A DNA stretch of 64,000 bases from contig JADHUR010000002.1 in assembly GCA_016784445.1 (NCBI GenBank), forward strand, positions 31,092 to 95,091. The letters are read 5' to 3'. The stretch comes from Patescibacteria group bacterium. GTDB lineage: Bacteria > Patescibacteriota > Patescibacteriia > UBA1558. Each line of letters opens with the position of its first letter. Within the stretch, counting starts at the first letter, position 1. Shown here in pieces: positions 42,154 through 52,811 of the stretch. The notes under the pieces are model-generated. The model ran no database searches. It saw only the letters and a list, made by a program, of their open reading frames with translations, and was not told the origin of the DNA. The translations under genes and the position numbers were made by a program.

Positions 42154-42357
42154 ATGAATAAGAAAGATGTACAATTAAATATAAAGGTAGCAACTCCAGT
42201 AGATCAAAGCGGCGGTTTCTTAAATAAGCTATTTATTGCACTGGGCCTATCCTTATCAACAACAGTTACAGACAGTTTAGATTTTAGCAATCCCTTCATA
42301 ACTGTTTCGTTAATAATTATTATGATAGTAATAGCATTTATTTCAAGTAAGAAATAA
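42154..42357 (+). CDS. Small membrane protein of unknown function
   Basis: 67-aa ORF with C-terminal TM and KK tail. Confidence 0.45.
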   Translation: MNKKDVQLNIKVATPVDQSGGFLNKLFIALGLSLSTTVTDSLDFSNPFITVSLIIIMIVIAFISSKK

Positions 42358-42393
42358 TTAGCCTAGATTTAAGTATCTTAGTATAATGCCATT

Positions 42394-42960
42394 ATGAGTA
42401 AAATAAATATTGCTGGTGTAGATGAGGTTGGGCGTGGAGCATGGGCTGGTCCCATGGTTGCCTCAGCTGTTATATTTAAAAAGAAAATAGATTTTGATTT
42501 AAAAGATTCGAAAGCTTTAACCTTCGAGCAAAGAAAAAAATTAGCAGTTAAGATAAAACAAGTTGCGCATTGGTCCATTGGTGTGGTTAGCCATTTTGAA
42601 ATAGATAAGTTTGGCTTGCAGAAAGCAAATATAATGGTAGCAGGAAGAGCTATAGCTGCTTTACCTATTAAACCCTCTGCTTTAAAATTGGACATGATAA
42701 GAGGTTTTAGCCACAACTTACCTTTTGAATTAATAATTAGAGGTGATAGTAAGGTTTTGGAGATAATGGCAGCATCAATTATTGCTAAAGATTATAGAGA
42801 CAATATGATGATTGAGTTAGATAAGCACTATAAACAGTACAGTTTCTCAGCACATAAGGGTTATGGAACAAAGCTTCATCAAGAGGCATTAGCTACTCAT
42901 GGGGTGAGTGTTCTACATAGAACTTCATATGCTCCTATTAAAAGATTTCTTAAAGAGTAA
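42394..42960 (+). CDS. rnhB: Ribonuclease HII
   Basis: GVDEVGRG, DSK, AASIIAK and HKGYGT. Confidence 0.96.
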   Translation: MSKINIAGVDEVGRGAWAGPMVASAVIFKKKIDFDLKDSKALTFEQRKKLAVKIKQVAHWSIGVVSHFEIDKFGLQKANIMVAGRAIAALPIKPSALKLDMIRGFSHNLPFELIIRGDSKVLEIMAASIIAKDYRDNMMIELDKHYKQYSFSAHKGYGTKLHQEALATHGVSVLHRTSYAPIKRFLKE

Positions 42961-42995
42961 CAAAAACTAATAATTTTTGGTATAATAGTATACAT

Positions 42996-43550
42996 ATGGA
43001 AAAGATAAAAACATCAGATACGAGCTTAATGGATCCAACACAGATTTTAAAGGAAACTGTACATTTAGACTACGGTTCTAAGGTTGCAGATCTTGGTTGT
43101 GGAGCTATGGCATATTTTACATTGGCAGCATCAAAAATTGTTGGTAATAATGGTTTGGTATATGCAGTGGATATTCAAAAAGAAGTCTTATCCTCTGTAG
43201 AAAGTAAGGCAAAGCTTGAAGGCTTGCCAAATATTAAAACAGTATGGAGTGATTTAGAAATTGCTGGAGCTACTAAAGTTCCAGAAGGAATAAACCTTTG
43301 CCTCTTAGTAACTACACTTTTTCAGAATAATAACCACTTGCAAATGATGAAAGAGTCTGTTAGATTACTTGAAAAGGGTGGTAAGCTTTTAGTAATTGAA
43401 TGGTTGCCTCAACAAACTGCTATTGGCCCAGATGTTTCAAAGAGAATTGATGCAGATATTATTAAAAAACACGCTGAAGAATTAGGGCTTAGCCTTGATA
43501 AAGAGTTTTCTGCTGGCCCCTATCATTACGGTTTAATATTCACTAAATAA
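42996..43550 (+). CDS. Class I SAM-dependent methyltransferase
   Basis: VADLGCG, VYAVDIQ and GGKLLVIEW. Confidence 0.85.
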   Translation: MEKIKTSDTSLMDPTQILKETVHLDYGSKVADLGCGAMAYFTLAASKIVGNNGLVYAVDIQKEVLSSVESKAKLEGLPNIKTVWSDLEIAGATKVPEGINLCLLVTTLFQNNNHLQMMKESVRLLEKGGKLLVIEWLPQQTAIGPDVSKRIDADIIKKHAEELGLSLDKEFSAGPYHYGLIFTK

Positions 43551-43946
43551 ATGATTAATTGGTTTAAATTAGATTATCTATTCTCAAATAATTTGTGGCC
43601 TATCACCACAAATGTTTTTAGAGCTGCTGTTGGCATATATATTTTAATATTTGTCTTAGCTATTATATTTTCAATATTAAGAAAAAAAGATAGATTCTCC
43701 GGACCATATAAAAGGGCTATGCAGAAAATATCCACTTGGTGCTTTTCATTTAGTATTGTTGGTTTAATACTAATGTTTTTTAGACATCAGTTAATACCAT
43801 ATTTAGGAATGCGTGCTTGGACTATGATTTGGTTTATCATTTGCATTGCCTGGATGATATATATAATTAAGTATATTGTTATAAATATTCCGAAACAAAA
43901 GAAAGATTTAAAAATTAGGGAAGAATTTGAAAAATATCTTCCATAA
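43551..43946 (+). CDS. 3-TM membrane protein of unknown function
   Basis: Three hydrophobic segments; abuts the methyltransferase gene. Confidence 0.7.
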   Translation: MINWFKLDYLFSNNLWPITTNVFRAAVGIYILIFVLAIIFSILRKKDRFSGPYKRAMQKISTWCFSFSIVGLILMFFRHQLIPYLGMRAWTMIWFIICIAWMIYIIKYIVINIPKQKKDLKIREEFEKYLP

Positions 43947-44134
43947 ATAATTTCCGTCCCTAAATATGCAGGGAGAACACCCGACAAGCCCCATTGAGCA
44001 ATCAATGGGGAATTTTTTGATATTTTAATATCGGTTAACAGGTAATGAAGAGGTTTTAAACAGCTTATTAACTTGCTTAATTACTGTATTTTAATTAAAT
44101 TATATTAGCGAATTTTAATAAATAAGTATTAATT

Positions 44135-45145
44135 ATGAAAAGAAAAATAATTCTATTAGGAGGGTTGTTTTTTTTAATATCAATAGCATTTTTAGGAAGT
44201 ATTAATGTTGCGGTAGCAGCAGAGGATTCCTGTCTTTTAGATAAAGACTGTTTAGTCCCAGCCCCAACACTTGTCGTGCCTGAAAACAATTCATCAAGTT
44301 ATGCAAGTAATTTAGTAATTACAGGCCTTTCTTGGAATGAGACTTTAGTAGATGTATATGTTGATGGTATATATAATGGTAGAGCAGAGCTAAATATAGA
44401 AGATTCTGGTATAGGAAACTTTGCCTATAGGACTTTCATGCCACTAGCTCCAGGAGAACATATTATCTATACCGTGGCTCGTAATTTAAATGAAAAGGAA
44501 AGATCTGTTGAATCTTCACATATAGCTATATATATTCTTTCCGCACCATTTGAGGTGCTAGAAGAGGAAATTACCGAAGAGACAGCGGAACAAGTGGTTG
44601 AATCAGAAGAAATTATTGAAGAAATGGAAGAAATTGTAGAACAGGATATAGAAAACGATCAGCAAGAACAAGAAGGAATTGTTGCTGTAAGCACAAATAT
44701 AGATGATCCAGATATTAATATTGCTCCAGAACAAGAAGGTGAAGTTAATGTTAATGAAGGCGGTCAAATTGAAGGTGGAGTTTGGGAGCAAGATGAGAAT
44801 AAGGTTAGTGAATTGCAAAGAACAGTAGATAGAGATGAAATTATTAATGAATTCTTTACAGAAGACGCTGAACTCGTTTCAGAGCAAAGAAGTTTAAGAG
44901 AAAAGCAAAATCGTCAAATTGGACTAGAAATGTTAGGCATTATAATTGTTATTAGCATTGTTTGGTTAATATTTGGTAAACGTGATAATCCGCAGAGAGT
45001 AGTCTTAACATTTTTTGAGGGCATTAAGAAAGGTTTTAAAACTGAAGAAAAGATTATTGAGGCTAAAGATAAGGTAATGGTGAAGACTGAAACGGAGGAA
45101 AAGACACAAGATAAGATGGATGATGAATTGGATAGATTAGTGTAA
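44135..45145 (+). CDS. Surface protein with signal peptide, Ig-like domain, acidic stalk and C-terminal TM
   Basis: P..L..P...ITG...VDVYVDG...GEH pattern and an E-rich linker. Confidence 0.65.
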   Translation: MKRKIILLGGLFFLISIAFLGSINVAVAAEDSCLLDKDCLVPAPTLVVPENNSSSYASNLVITGLSWNETLVDVYVDGIYNGRAELNIEDSGIGNFAYRTFMPLAPGEHIIYTVARNLNEKERSVESSHIAIYILSAPFEVLEEEITEETAEQVVESEEIIEEMEEIVEQDIENDQQEQEGIVAVSTNIDDPDINIAPEQEGEVNVNEGGQIEGGVWEQDENKVSELQRTVDRDEIINEFFTEDAELVSEQRSLREKQNRQIGLEMLGIIIVISIVWLIFGKRDNPQRVVLTFFEGIKKGFKTEEKIIEAKDKVMVKTETEEKTQDKMDDELDRLV

Positions 45146-45238
45146 TTTATGTTTGACAGAATAGAATTTTAGTTGTAATATCATAGTAGGCTAGTATTTT
45201 CATACTAGCCTTTATTATTAAAAATTTACGATACTACT

Positions 45239-46534
45239 ATGGAGGATGCAAAGCAAATAAAGCAGGCTATACAGCAGATTTGTGAGGAAAAGAACATTCC
45301 TTATGACTCTGTAATAGAGACTATAGAGGCAGCTCTTGCTGCGGCCTATAGAAAAGATTTTGGTGAAAAAAACCAGAATGTTAAATCAGAATTTAACCCA
45401 GAAACAGCTGAGGTTAAGGTTTTTGATGTTAAAACAGTTGTAGATAATATGGATCTTGAGGAGCTTGAAGCTGTTTTAGAAGCAGTTAGAGAAAGAAGAG
45501 AAGCTGGTGAAGAAGTAGATGAAGAAGCAGAAGGAATTATTCGTTTCAATCCAAAAACTGAGATTATGGTTAAAGATGCTAAAGAGATTAAGAAAACAGT
45601 TAAGATTGGTGATGAGTTGATTCAAGAGCTAACTATTCCAGATGAATTTGGACGCATGGCAGCACAAACAGCAAAGCAGGTTATTATTCAAAGATTAAGA
45701 GAAGTTGAAAGAGATACAATATATAATTCATTCAAAGATAAAGAAGGCGCTTTGGTTGTTGGAACAGTACAGAGACGTGAAGGAAGAATTGTTATGATAG
45801 ATATAGACAATGCAATGGGAATCTTACCACCAGAAGAACAAATTTCTTCTGAGAATTATCAATCAGGTCAAAGAATTAAAGTTTTAATTATGTCTGTTGA
45901 GATGAGCGGCAGAGGTCCTCAGATTATTCTTTCTAGAAGTCATCCGGATTTCTTAAAAGAATTATTTATAATGGAAGTACCAGAAATAAGCGCAGGCACT
46001 GTTGAGATTAAGGCTATTGCAAGAGAAGCTGGTCAAAGAAGTAAGGTTGCTGTTTGGACAGAAGAAGAAAATATTGATCCCGTTGGATCTTGTGTTGGTC
46101 AAAGAGGTGCTCGTGTTCAAACAATTATTGCAGAGCTTGGTGGTGAGAAAATAGATATTATTGAATGGGATGAAAATGTAGAAGCTTTTATTAGCAATGC
46201 ATTGTCACCAGCTAAAGTTAAAAAAATTGAGCTTAATGAAGAAGAAAAAGTAGCTAAAGTTGAAGTTAAAGAGGATCAATTATCACTTGCTATTGGTAAG
46301 GCTGGTCAGAATGTTAGATTGGCAGCAAAACTTACTGATTGGAAAATAGACATTGCTGGTACTGACGGACCAGAAGAAGGTGAAGAAGATTCTGAAGATG
46401 AAGGAAAGGACAATAAGGAAGAGAAGAAAGAAAAGAAAGCAAAGAAAAAAGAAGATAAAGAAGAAATAACTGAAGAAAAGGATGATGAATCTAAAGCAGA
46501 AGAAGTGGCTGAAAACACAGAAGAGGAAAAATAA
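45239..46534 (+). CDS. nusA: Transcription factor NusA
   Basis: FGRMAAQTAKQ, AREAG.RSK and AIGK.GQNVRLA. Confidence 0.98.
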   Translation: MEDAKQIKQAIQQICEEKNIPYDSVIETIEAALAAAYRKDFGEKNQNVKSEFNPETAEVKVFDVKTVVDNMDLEELEAVLEAVRERREAGEEVDEEAEGIIRFNPKTEIMVKDAKEIKKTVKIGDELIQELTIPDEFGRMAAQTAKQVIIQRLREVERDTIYNSFKDKEGALVVGTVQRREGRIVMIDIDNAMGILPPEEQISSENYQSGQRIKVLIMSVEMSGRGPQIILSRSHPDFLKELFIMEVPEISAGTVEIKAIAREAGQRSKVAVWTEEENIDPVGSCVGQRGARVQTIIAELGGEKIDIIEWDENVEAFISNALSPAKVKKIELNEEEKVAKVEVKEDQLSLAIGKAGQNVRLAAKLTDWKIDIAGTDGPEEGEEDSEDEGKDNKEEKKEKKAKKKEDKEEITEEKDDESKAEEVAENTEEEK

Positions 46535-46579
46535 TATATATTAGGGGGGTTAAATAATAATTAATTTATAATTAAAATT

Positions 46580-48574
46580 ATGACAGACGGATCATTATTT
46601 GCACTTATTGTGGCCATTGTCGCAATTGTGTATGGATTTATTTTAGCTAAGCTAATTTTGAAAAAGCCTGCAGGCGGAGATAAGATGAAGGAAATTGCAG
46701 AAGCTATTCAAGTTGGTGCCAAAGCATATTTAAATAGACAATATAAAACAGTAGCTGTTATTGCAGTAATATTGTTTTTTGTCTTAGGCTTTGCGCTTGA
46801 TTGGGCAACAGCAATTGGATTTGTTATTGGTGCAGTACTATCTGCACTTGCAGGATATATTGGCATGAATGTTTCTGTTCGAGCTAATGTTAGAACCTGT
46901 GAAGCTGCTAAAAGTGGACTTTCACAAGCTATGAATATTGCTGTTCAGGGTGGAGCTGTTACAGGATTACTTGTTGTAGGACTTGGACTTTTAGGAGTTA
47001 CTAGCTTATTCATAATCTCGGGATCTTTTAAAGCTTTAATAGGCCTTGGATTTGGCGGTAGTTTAATATCTGTCTTTGCTAGACTCGGTGGAGGTATTTT
47101 TACAAAAGCTGCAGACGTTGGAGCCGATCTTGTTGGTAAGGTTGAGGCTGGTATTCCGGAAGATGATCCACGTAACCCAGCAGTTATCGCAGATAATGTT
47201 GGAGATAATGTTGGTGATTGCGCAGGCATGGCAGCGGATCTTTTTGAAACATATTCTGTAACAACTGTTGCAACCATGCTTCTTGGTTCATTGTTATTTG
47301 CCACTTATCCAAATGCAATCATATACCCACTAGTTATTGGGGCTATCTCAGTTATTACAAGTATTATTGGTACTTGGTTTATTAAACTTGGGAAGAAAAA
47401 GAATATAATGGGAGCCCTATATAAAGGTTTGTCTATCACCGGTGTTTTGTCAGCAATTCTTTTATGGCCAGTTACAAACAGATTAATGGGAGATTTAACA
47501 ATCTATAGTGCTAAAGATATTTATCTGTCAGCACTTGTTGGAATTGTTGTTACTGCCCTTATGGTTATTATCACTGAATATTATACTTCAGGAGATTATA
47601 AGCCAGTTAAAGATATCGCTAAGGCTTCAGAAAGTGGTCACGGTACAAATATTATTGCAGGACTTGCTATTTCAATGAAGTCAACAGTATTGCCAGTTTT
47701 AGTAATTGTTTTAGGAATACTCTTCTCATATAATTTAGCTGGTATGTATGGTATTGCAATTGCTGCAACAGCCATGCTTTCACTGGCTGGTATTATTGTG
47801 ACAATAGATTCTTATGGCCCAATTACAGACAATGCTGGAGGCATTGCTGAGATGGCAGGACTTTCAGACGATGTTAGGGCTATTACAGATCCTTTAGACG
47901 CTGTTGGTAATACAACAAAAGCAGTTACTAAAGGCTATGCAATTGCATCGGCTGGACTAGCTGCATTAGTATTATTCGCAGCTTATGTTCAGGAGTTTAT
48001 TGGACATGGTTTAAATTTAGAATTTTCATTAATGGACCCACTAGTTATAGCTGGACTATTCATCGGTGGACTATTACCTTTCTGGTTTGGAGCTCTTGCA
48101 ATGGAAGCTGTTGGTAAAACAGCTGGCGAGGTTGTAGAAGAGGTTAGGCGCCAATTTAGAGAGATACCAGGTATTATGGATAGAACAGCAAAGCCAGACT
48201 ATAATAAAGCAGTAGACATTGTTACAAAGAGTGCTCTTAAGCAAATGATACTACCAGCGCTTATCCCCGTTCTTGTTCCAATTCTAGTTGGTTTCATTTT
48301 AGGACCAATTGCTTTAGGTGGTGTGCTTGTTGGTAGTATTGTTACCGGTATATTTGTAGCTATTTCAATGACTACAGGTGGTGGTGCTTGGGATAATGCT
48401 AAGAAATATATTGAAGATGGTAATTATGGTGGTAAGAATTCTCTAGCTCATCAAGCAGCGGTTACTGGAGATACAGTTGGCGATCCATATAAAGATACTG
48501 CTGGGCCAGCAATCAACCCAATGATTAAAATAATAAATATTGTAGCCTTATTATTAGTTGCATTATTAATCTAA
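46580..48574 (+). CDS. hppA: Membrane pyrophosphatase, K+-independent H+-pumping type
   Basis: [20 protein letters not shown] and GNTTKA (Lys indicates K+-independent type). Confidence 0.95.
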   Translation: MTDGSLFALIVAIVAIVYGFILAKLILKKPAGGDKMKEIAEAIQVGAKAYLNRQYKTVAVIAVILFFVLGFALDWATAIGFVIGAVLSALAGYIGMNVSVRANVRTCEAAKSGLSQAMNIAVQGGAVTGLLVVGLGLLGVTSLFIISGSFKALIGLGFGGSLISVFARLGGGIFTKAADVGADLVGKVEAGIPEDDPRNPAVIADNVGDNVGDCAGMAADLFETYSVTTVATMLLGSLLFATYPNAIIYPLVIGAISVITSIIGTWFIKLGKKKNIMGALYKGLSITGVLSAILLWPVTNRLMGDLTIYSAKDIYLSALVGIVVTALMVIITEYYTSGDYKPVKDIAKASESGHGTNIIAGLAISMKSTVLPVLVIVLGILFSYNLAGMYGIAIAATAMLSLAGIIVTIDSYGPITDNAGGIAEMAGLSDDVRAITDPLDAVGNTTKAVTKGYAIASAGLAALVLFAAYVQEFIGHGLNLEFSLMDPLVIAGLFIGGLLPFWFGALAMEAVGKTAGEVVEEVRRQFREIPGIMDRTAKPDYNKAVDIVTKSALKQMILPALIPVLVPILVGFILGPIALGGVLVGSIVTGIFVAISMTTGGGAWDNAKKYIEDGNYGGKNSLAHQAAVTGDTVGDPYKDTAGPAINPMIKIINIVALLLVALLI

Positions 48575-48589
48575 GATTAAAAAAATATT

Positions 48590-49876
48590 ATGGATGTTAA
48601 AAAAAAGGAATTAGATAAAAATGAATTAGAGCTTTCTATTACTGTCACACCGGCAGAGATGGAAAAGTTTTTAAAACTTTCTGCAGAACGATTGTCTAAG
48701 GATGCAAAGATTCCTGGCTTTAGACCAGGTAAGGCACCCTATGACACAATAGTTAAAGAGCTTGGTGAAATGAAGATTCATGAAGCAGCTTTAGATGATA
48801 TTTTAACTCACTATTTCTGGCAAGCTATTGAAGAAAATAAAGTAGATGCAATCGGACAACCAAAGATAGATATTGTAAAGTTTGCACCTGGTAATAATTT
48901 GGAATTTAAAGCAACGGTTGCTTTATTGCCTCAAGTTAAGATAGGAAAGTATACAGGTCTAAAACTAAAGAAGAATGAGGTTAAGGTAGATAAGGCGGAG
49001 GTAGATAAAATTGTAGATGATTTAAGAGAAATGAGAGTAAAAGAAATTGCTACAAAGGAAGCGGCAGCTAAAGGCAATAAGGCGCAAGTAGATTTCAAAG
49101 TTAAATGTGATGGGAAACCAATTGAAAATGGTACAGCTGAAAAGTATCCACTTATTATTGGCAATAGTCGCATGATTCCAGGTTTTGAAGAAGAAATTAT
49201 CGGACTTAAAGCAGGAGAAGAAAAAACATTTACATTAAAATTTCCTGAAAATTATCACGATAAATCAGTAGCTGGAAAAGACTGTGAATTTGAAGTTAAG
49301 GTTCACGATGTCTTTGTTAGAGAATTACCAAAGCTTGATAATGAATTTATTAAGTCTCTTGGTCAATTTAAAGACGTTAAAGATTTCATGGCTAAAGTTG
49401 AAGAGAATATTAAATCTGAAAAAAATTTTAAAGAGTCTCAAAGAGTTGAAATTGAAATGCTTGAGAAGATCATAGATGGTTCAGAATTTGAAAGCATTCC
49501 AGATATTTTAATTGATGCCGAGAGTCATAAAATGGTTCATGAGCTTCAAGGTTCTATTGAGCAACAAGGCATGTCTTGGGATCAGTATTTAGAGAGCATC
49601 AAAAAAGATCATGACGGCCTGCAAGCTGAAATGAGAGATGGTGCTGAGCGTAGAGTTAAGACTTCATTAATCATGAGGGAAATTACAGATAAGGAAAAGT
49701 TGAAAGTTGAACCAGGTGAAGTAGACAAACAATTAGAACAAATGAAGGAAGAGTATAAGGATAATCCTCAAGCACAAGAGAATCTTAAGAGCGATGGTTA
49801 TAAAAAGTATCTAGAAAGCAATATGAACAATGAAAAGGTACTTAACTTCTTAAGAGAAAAGAATATAGCTGAATAA
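48590..49876 (+). CDS. tig: Trigger factor
   Basis: IPGFRPGKAP and an FKBP domain (MIPGFEE). Confidence 0.96.
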   Translation: MDVKKKELDKNELELSITVTPAEMEKFLKLSAERLSKDAKIPGFRPGKAPYDTIVKELGEMKIHEAALDDILTHYFWQAIEENKVDAIGQPKIDIVKFAPGNNLEFKATVALLPQVKIGKYTGLKLKKNEVKVDKAEVDKIVDDLREMRVKEIATKEAAAKGNKAQVDFKVKCDGKPIENGTAEKYPLIIGNSRMIPGFEEEIIGLKAGEEKTFTLKFPENYHDKSVAGKDCEFEVKVHDVFVRELPKLDNEFIKSLGQFKDVKDFMAKVEENIKSEKNFKESQRVEIEMLEKIIDGSEFESIPDILIDAESHKMVHELQGSIEQQGMSWDQYLESIKKDHDGLQAEMRDGAERRVKTSLIMREITDKEKLKVEPGEVDKQLEQMKEEYKDNPQAQENLKSDGYKKYLESNMNNEKVLNFLREKNIAE

Positions 49877-49941
49877 TACAAAGAATATATGAAAACACCT
49901 CAATTGTCTTGAGGTGTTTTTGTTTATGATATAATTCCAGT

Positions 49942-50445
49942 ATGAAAATATTAATTATATCTGATATACACGATAATTTATTAAATTTAGATAAGGTTTT
50001 AAATTATGCTAAAGAGCACAAAATAGATAGGATGATTTGTTGCGGAGATTTTGGATCAAAAGAGACAATTTCATATCTATCTAAAAACTTTGAAGGTATT
50101 ATAAGAGCCGTCTTAGGAAATGCAGACAGAGATCATTTAGATATTGAAAAGATTATAAATAAATATTTAAATATTAAATTATCTGAAAATATTAGCACCT
50201 TTATTATAGACAGTAAACAAGTATTAGTTGTTCATGAGCCAAGGTATTATGAAAAATATCTGGATAATGATGAGCTTAAGTATATATTTCATGGACACAC
50301 TCATAAACCGTGGCAAGAGTATAAGAGGGGTAAATTAGTACTAAATCCAGGCAATGTGAGTAATTATGGTTACCCCCCGACATTTGCAGTTTGGGAGACA
50401 GAAAATGATAAGTTCTCTCTAATACAACTAAACACTATAAAATAG
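49942..50445 (+). CDS. YfcE-like metallophosphoesterase
   Basis: SDIHDN, CGD, GNAD, GHTH and NPG. Confidence 0.9.
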   Translation: MKILIISDIHDNLLNLDKVLNYAKEHKIDRMICCGDFGSKETISYLSKNFEGIIRAVLGNADRDHLDIEKIINKYLNIKLSENISTFIIDSKQVLVVHEPRYYEKYLDNDELKYIFHGHTHKPWQEYKRGKLVLNPGNVSNYGYPPTFAVWETENDKFSLIQLNTIK

Positions 50446-50475
50446 CTAGGAATAGCTATTTTTTAGATGAGTATA

Positions 50476-50504
50476 TTGACAAATCTATAAATATAGTATA
50501 TAAT
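50476..50504 (+). promoter_or_regulatory. Consensus sigma70 promoter of the orphan gene pair
   Basis: TTGACA-17 nt-TATAAT. Confidence 0.8.
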
Positions 50505-50549
50505 ATATTATTAACTTGAAACTTGAAAATAGAATAAAGGGAGTATAAA

Positions 50550-50984
50550 ATGGATTATCTTACTTTAGTGGGAGTTTTATCGTTATTAATGGTACTTACG
50601 AGAGTTGTTTTAGTAGCTAAGTATTCTTATTGGAAGATTATGTTTGAAAAAGCTTATTCAGCTCAGCAAGACGTTCCTGTTGTTGGTTATTCATCTTTAG
50701 GATGCAAACAGGAGACTCGGGAATTTAGCGAGTTGGTGGGTAAGTTGAATAAAATGGGATATTTATTCCAGCAAACATGGTGTCATGCTCCTGTAATACA
50801 GAGGGTGTATCGGCCGCTAACTTCAATTGATTCTAGCGTGATGGATGTAAAAGATATTATATGTACTTATGGTATAAGTATATTATTTTTCAGTCTAATT
50901 GCTGTTTCAATTTTTCTTGAGATTAACCTCTTTGTATTAATTGCAATAGTTGGTACCTTTAAGATGATTAGTATAGCTGAGTAG
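50550..50984 (+). CDS. Orphan membrane protein
   Basis: GGGAG SD; terminal hydrophobic segments. Confidence 0.55.
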   Translation: MDYLTLVGVLSLLMVLTRVVLVAKYSYWKIMFEKAYSAQQDVPVVGYSSLGCKQETREFSELVGKLNKMGYLFQQTWCHAPVIQRVYRPLTSIDSSVMDVKDIICTYGISILFFSLIAVSIFLEINLFVLIAIVGTFKMISIAE

Positions 50985-51007
50985 CAGCTAAGAAAAGGAG
51001 ACTTAAA

Positions 51008-51433
51008 GTGAGTGCATTCACAAATTATGAAATGATGGAAATGGCGCTTGTGGTCATATTAATCATTACCGGCTTTGTTTACAGAGTAGCGCGTCCTATT
51101 TGGACCACTCTTCGCAGAAGTTTAATAGCTATTTCAATTGGACTGGCCGAGCTTGTTATAGTTGCTAGTATTGAAAGAGCCCTAGAGGAGGTTCTAATAG
51201 CGGTGGGAGTAATGGTAAGCGGTGCTTTATTGCCAGACATTGCAACTTCGTTCTCAGCCTGGCTGCGTAGACCTCAGAACATTCCTCGTGGATTAATAGC
51301 TGCTATAGTGGGGCTAGTAATTTATGTAGTTGCGTTCAGGCCAGATCTTGCCAACTCTATTGTCTCTCCTATTATATTCATCGTGGTAATGATAGCTATT
51401 ATCAGGTGGATGATAAGAAGGATATTTAGGTAG
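51008..51433 (+). CDS. Orphan multi-TM protein
   Basis: AAGGAG SD with GTG start; followed by a terminator at 51443-51478. Confidence 0.6.
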   Translation: MSAFTNYEMMEMALVVILIITGFVYRVARPIWTTLRRSLIAISIGLAELVIVASIERALEEVLIAVGVMVSGALLPDIATSFSAWLRRPQNIPRGLIAAIVGLVIYVVAFRPDLANSIVSPIIFIVVMIAIIRWMIRRIFR

Positions 51434-51524
51434 TCCAACAATTAAAAGCGGAAACGTTAACACGTTCTCCGCTTTTTTATTTATTTGGTATAATATAGTA
51501 ACTAAATAGTAATATTATTAATAT

Positions 51525-52319
51525 ATGACAAGAGAACAATTAGCAAAGAAATTAGCTAAAGAAGCAGGAGAATACTTACTTAAGCATTTTTATACTTTTA
51601 AGCCAAAAGAGAAAAGCTATAAAGCTAATCGTACGACCGTTACAAAATATGACAAGGGTGCAGAAAAAATTATTCTTACAGCAATAAAAAAGTATTTCCC
51701 TAATGATGCGATTCTTTCCGAAGAAGCAGGTGCTAATAATAAAAAGTCAGAGTATTTATGGATTGTAGATCCACTTGATGGTACTAGGAATTTTACAATG
51801 CGAAATCCAGTATTTTCTGTGGCTATTGCTGTTCTTTATTTGCCAGATATGGATAGTAAGAAAGCAGAAGTGCAGCATGGATTTATTTATGTGCCAGTTC
51901 TTAAAGATATGTATGAGAGTTCCTTAGGAAAAGGAACAAGGCTTAATGGTAAAAAAGTATATGTATCAGGGGTTTCAAAAATGAATGATGCTCAGCATAC
52001 ATTTTGTCATGGGCAAGGTTCTGGATATATGAGTAAATCTGGCAGATATAACTTGGCATTAAAGAAAAAGAGAATTGATGCAAGGCAATTGGGGTCAGCA
52101 GCTATTGAACTTGCTCTTGTATCTTCTGGTAGAAGTGAAAGCATTGTTATACCTGGTGCAAATTCTTGGGATGTAGCAGCTGGTGTTTTACTTGTTAGAG
52201 AAGCTGGCGGGACAGTAACAGATGCTAGTGGTAATATGTGGAGACTTGGTAGTCAGGACATGCTTGCTAGTAATGGCAAAATACACAGCAAAATATTAAA
52301 GGTATTTAAAGATGCATAA
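51525..52319 (+). CDS. suhB: Inositol monophosphatase family protein
   Basis: SEE, WIVDPLDGT.NF, GSAA and WDVAAG. Confidence 0.9.
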   Translation: MTREQLAKKLAKEAGEYLLKHFYTFKPKEKSYKANRTTVTKYDKGAEKIILTAIKKYFPNDAILSEEAGANNKKSEYLWIVDPLDGTRNFTMRNPVFSVAIAVLYLPDMDSKKAEVQHGFIYVPVLKDMYESSLGKGTRLNGKKVYVSGVSKMNDAQHTFCHGQGSGYMSKSGRYNLALKKKRIDARQLGSAAIELALVSSGRSESIVIPGANSWDVAAGVLLVREAGGTVTDASGNMWRLGSQDMLASNGKIHSKILKVFKDA

Positions 52320-52542
52320 AATATATAATATAAAAGTTGTGCCGAGAGCTAAGCATAATAGGGTGGAAAAATTGAATGAAGATTCGCTTAAAATTTGGTT
52401 AATAGCAGCTCCGGTAGATAATAAGGCTAACTTTTTACTATTGGAAGTAGTGGCAGACTATTTAAATGTTAAACAAAGGCAAATAAGCTTTATAAAAGGT
52501 ATAAGAAGTAGAGATAAGCAAATAATGGTAGCTGATTACTAA
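52312..52542 (+). CDS. DUF167/YggU family protein
   Basis: KVVPRAK, A.PVDNKAN and G..SRDK. Confidence 0.88.
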   Translation: MHKIYNIKVVPRAKHNRVEKLNEDSLKIWLIAAPVDNKANFLLLEVVADYLNVKQRQISFIKGIRSRDKQIMVADY

Positions 52543-52602
52543 AACTCTTTACAAATTTATATAATTTGATATACTGCTTGTGCTAATTTATAGCGTTGTT
52601 AT

Positions 52603-52679
52603 GCGGGTGTAGTTCAGTTGGCTAGAACACCTCCTTGCCAAGGAGAAGGTCGCCAGTTCGAATCTGGTCACCCGCTCCA
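52603..52679 (+). tRNA. tRNA-Gly(GCC)
   Basis: GCGGGTG acceptor, ttGCCaa loop, TCCA end. Confidence 0.95.
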
Positions 52680-52723
52680 CTTTTAATCCCAGCTGCTTTG
52701 GCGGGATTATTTAATATAACAAC

Positions 52724-52811
52724 GGGCGAGTGGCGGAACTGGTAGACGCGTTGGACTTAAAATCCAATGAGCTTAACACTCGTGAGGGTTCGAGTCCCTC
52801 CTCGCCCACCA
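52724..52811 (+). tRNA. tRNA-Leu(TAA)
   Basis: ttgga-ctTAAaa-tccaa, variable arm, ACCA. Confidence 0.95.

Noticed and set aside
43950-44020. GC-rich spacer with faint similarity to the 4.5S RNA 5' end
   Set aside because: No SRP helix-8 motif; the ccccattga-GCAA-tcaatgggg hairpin is adequately explained as the operon terminator
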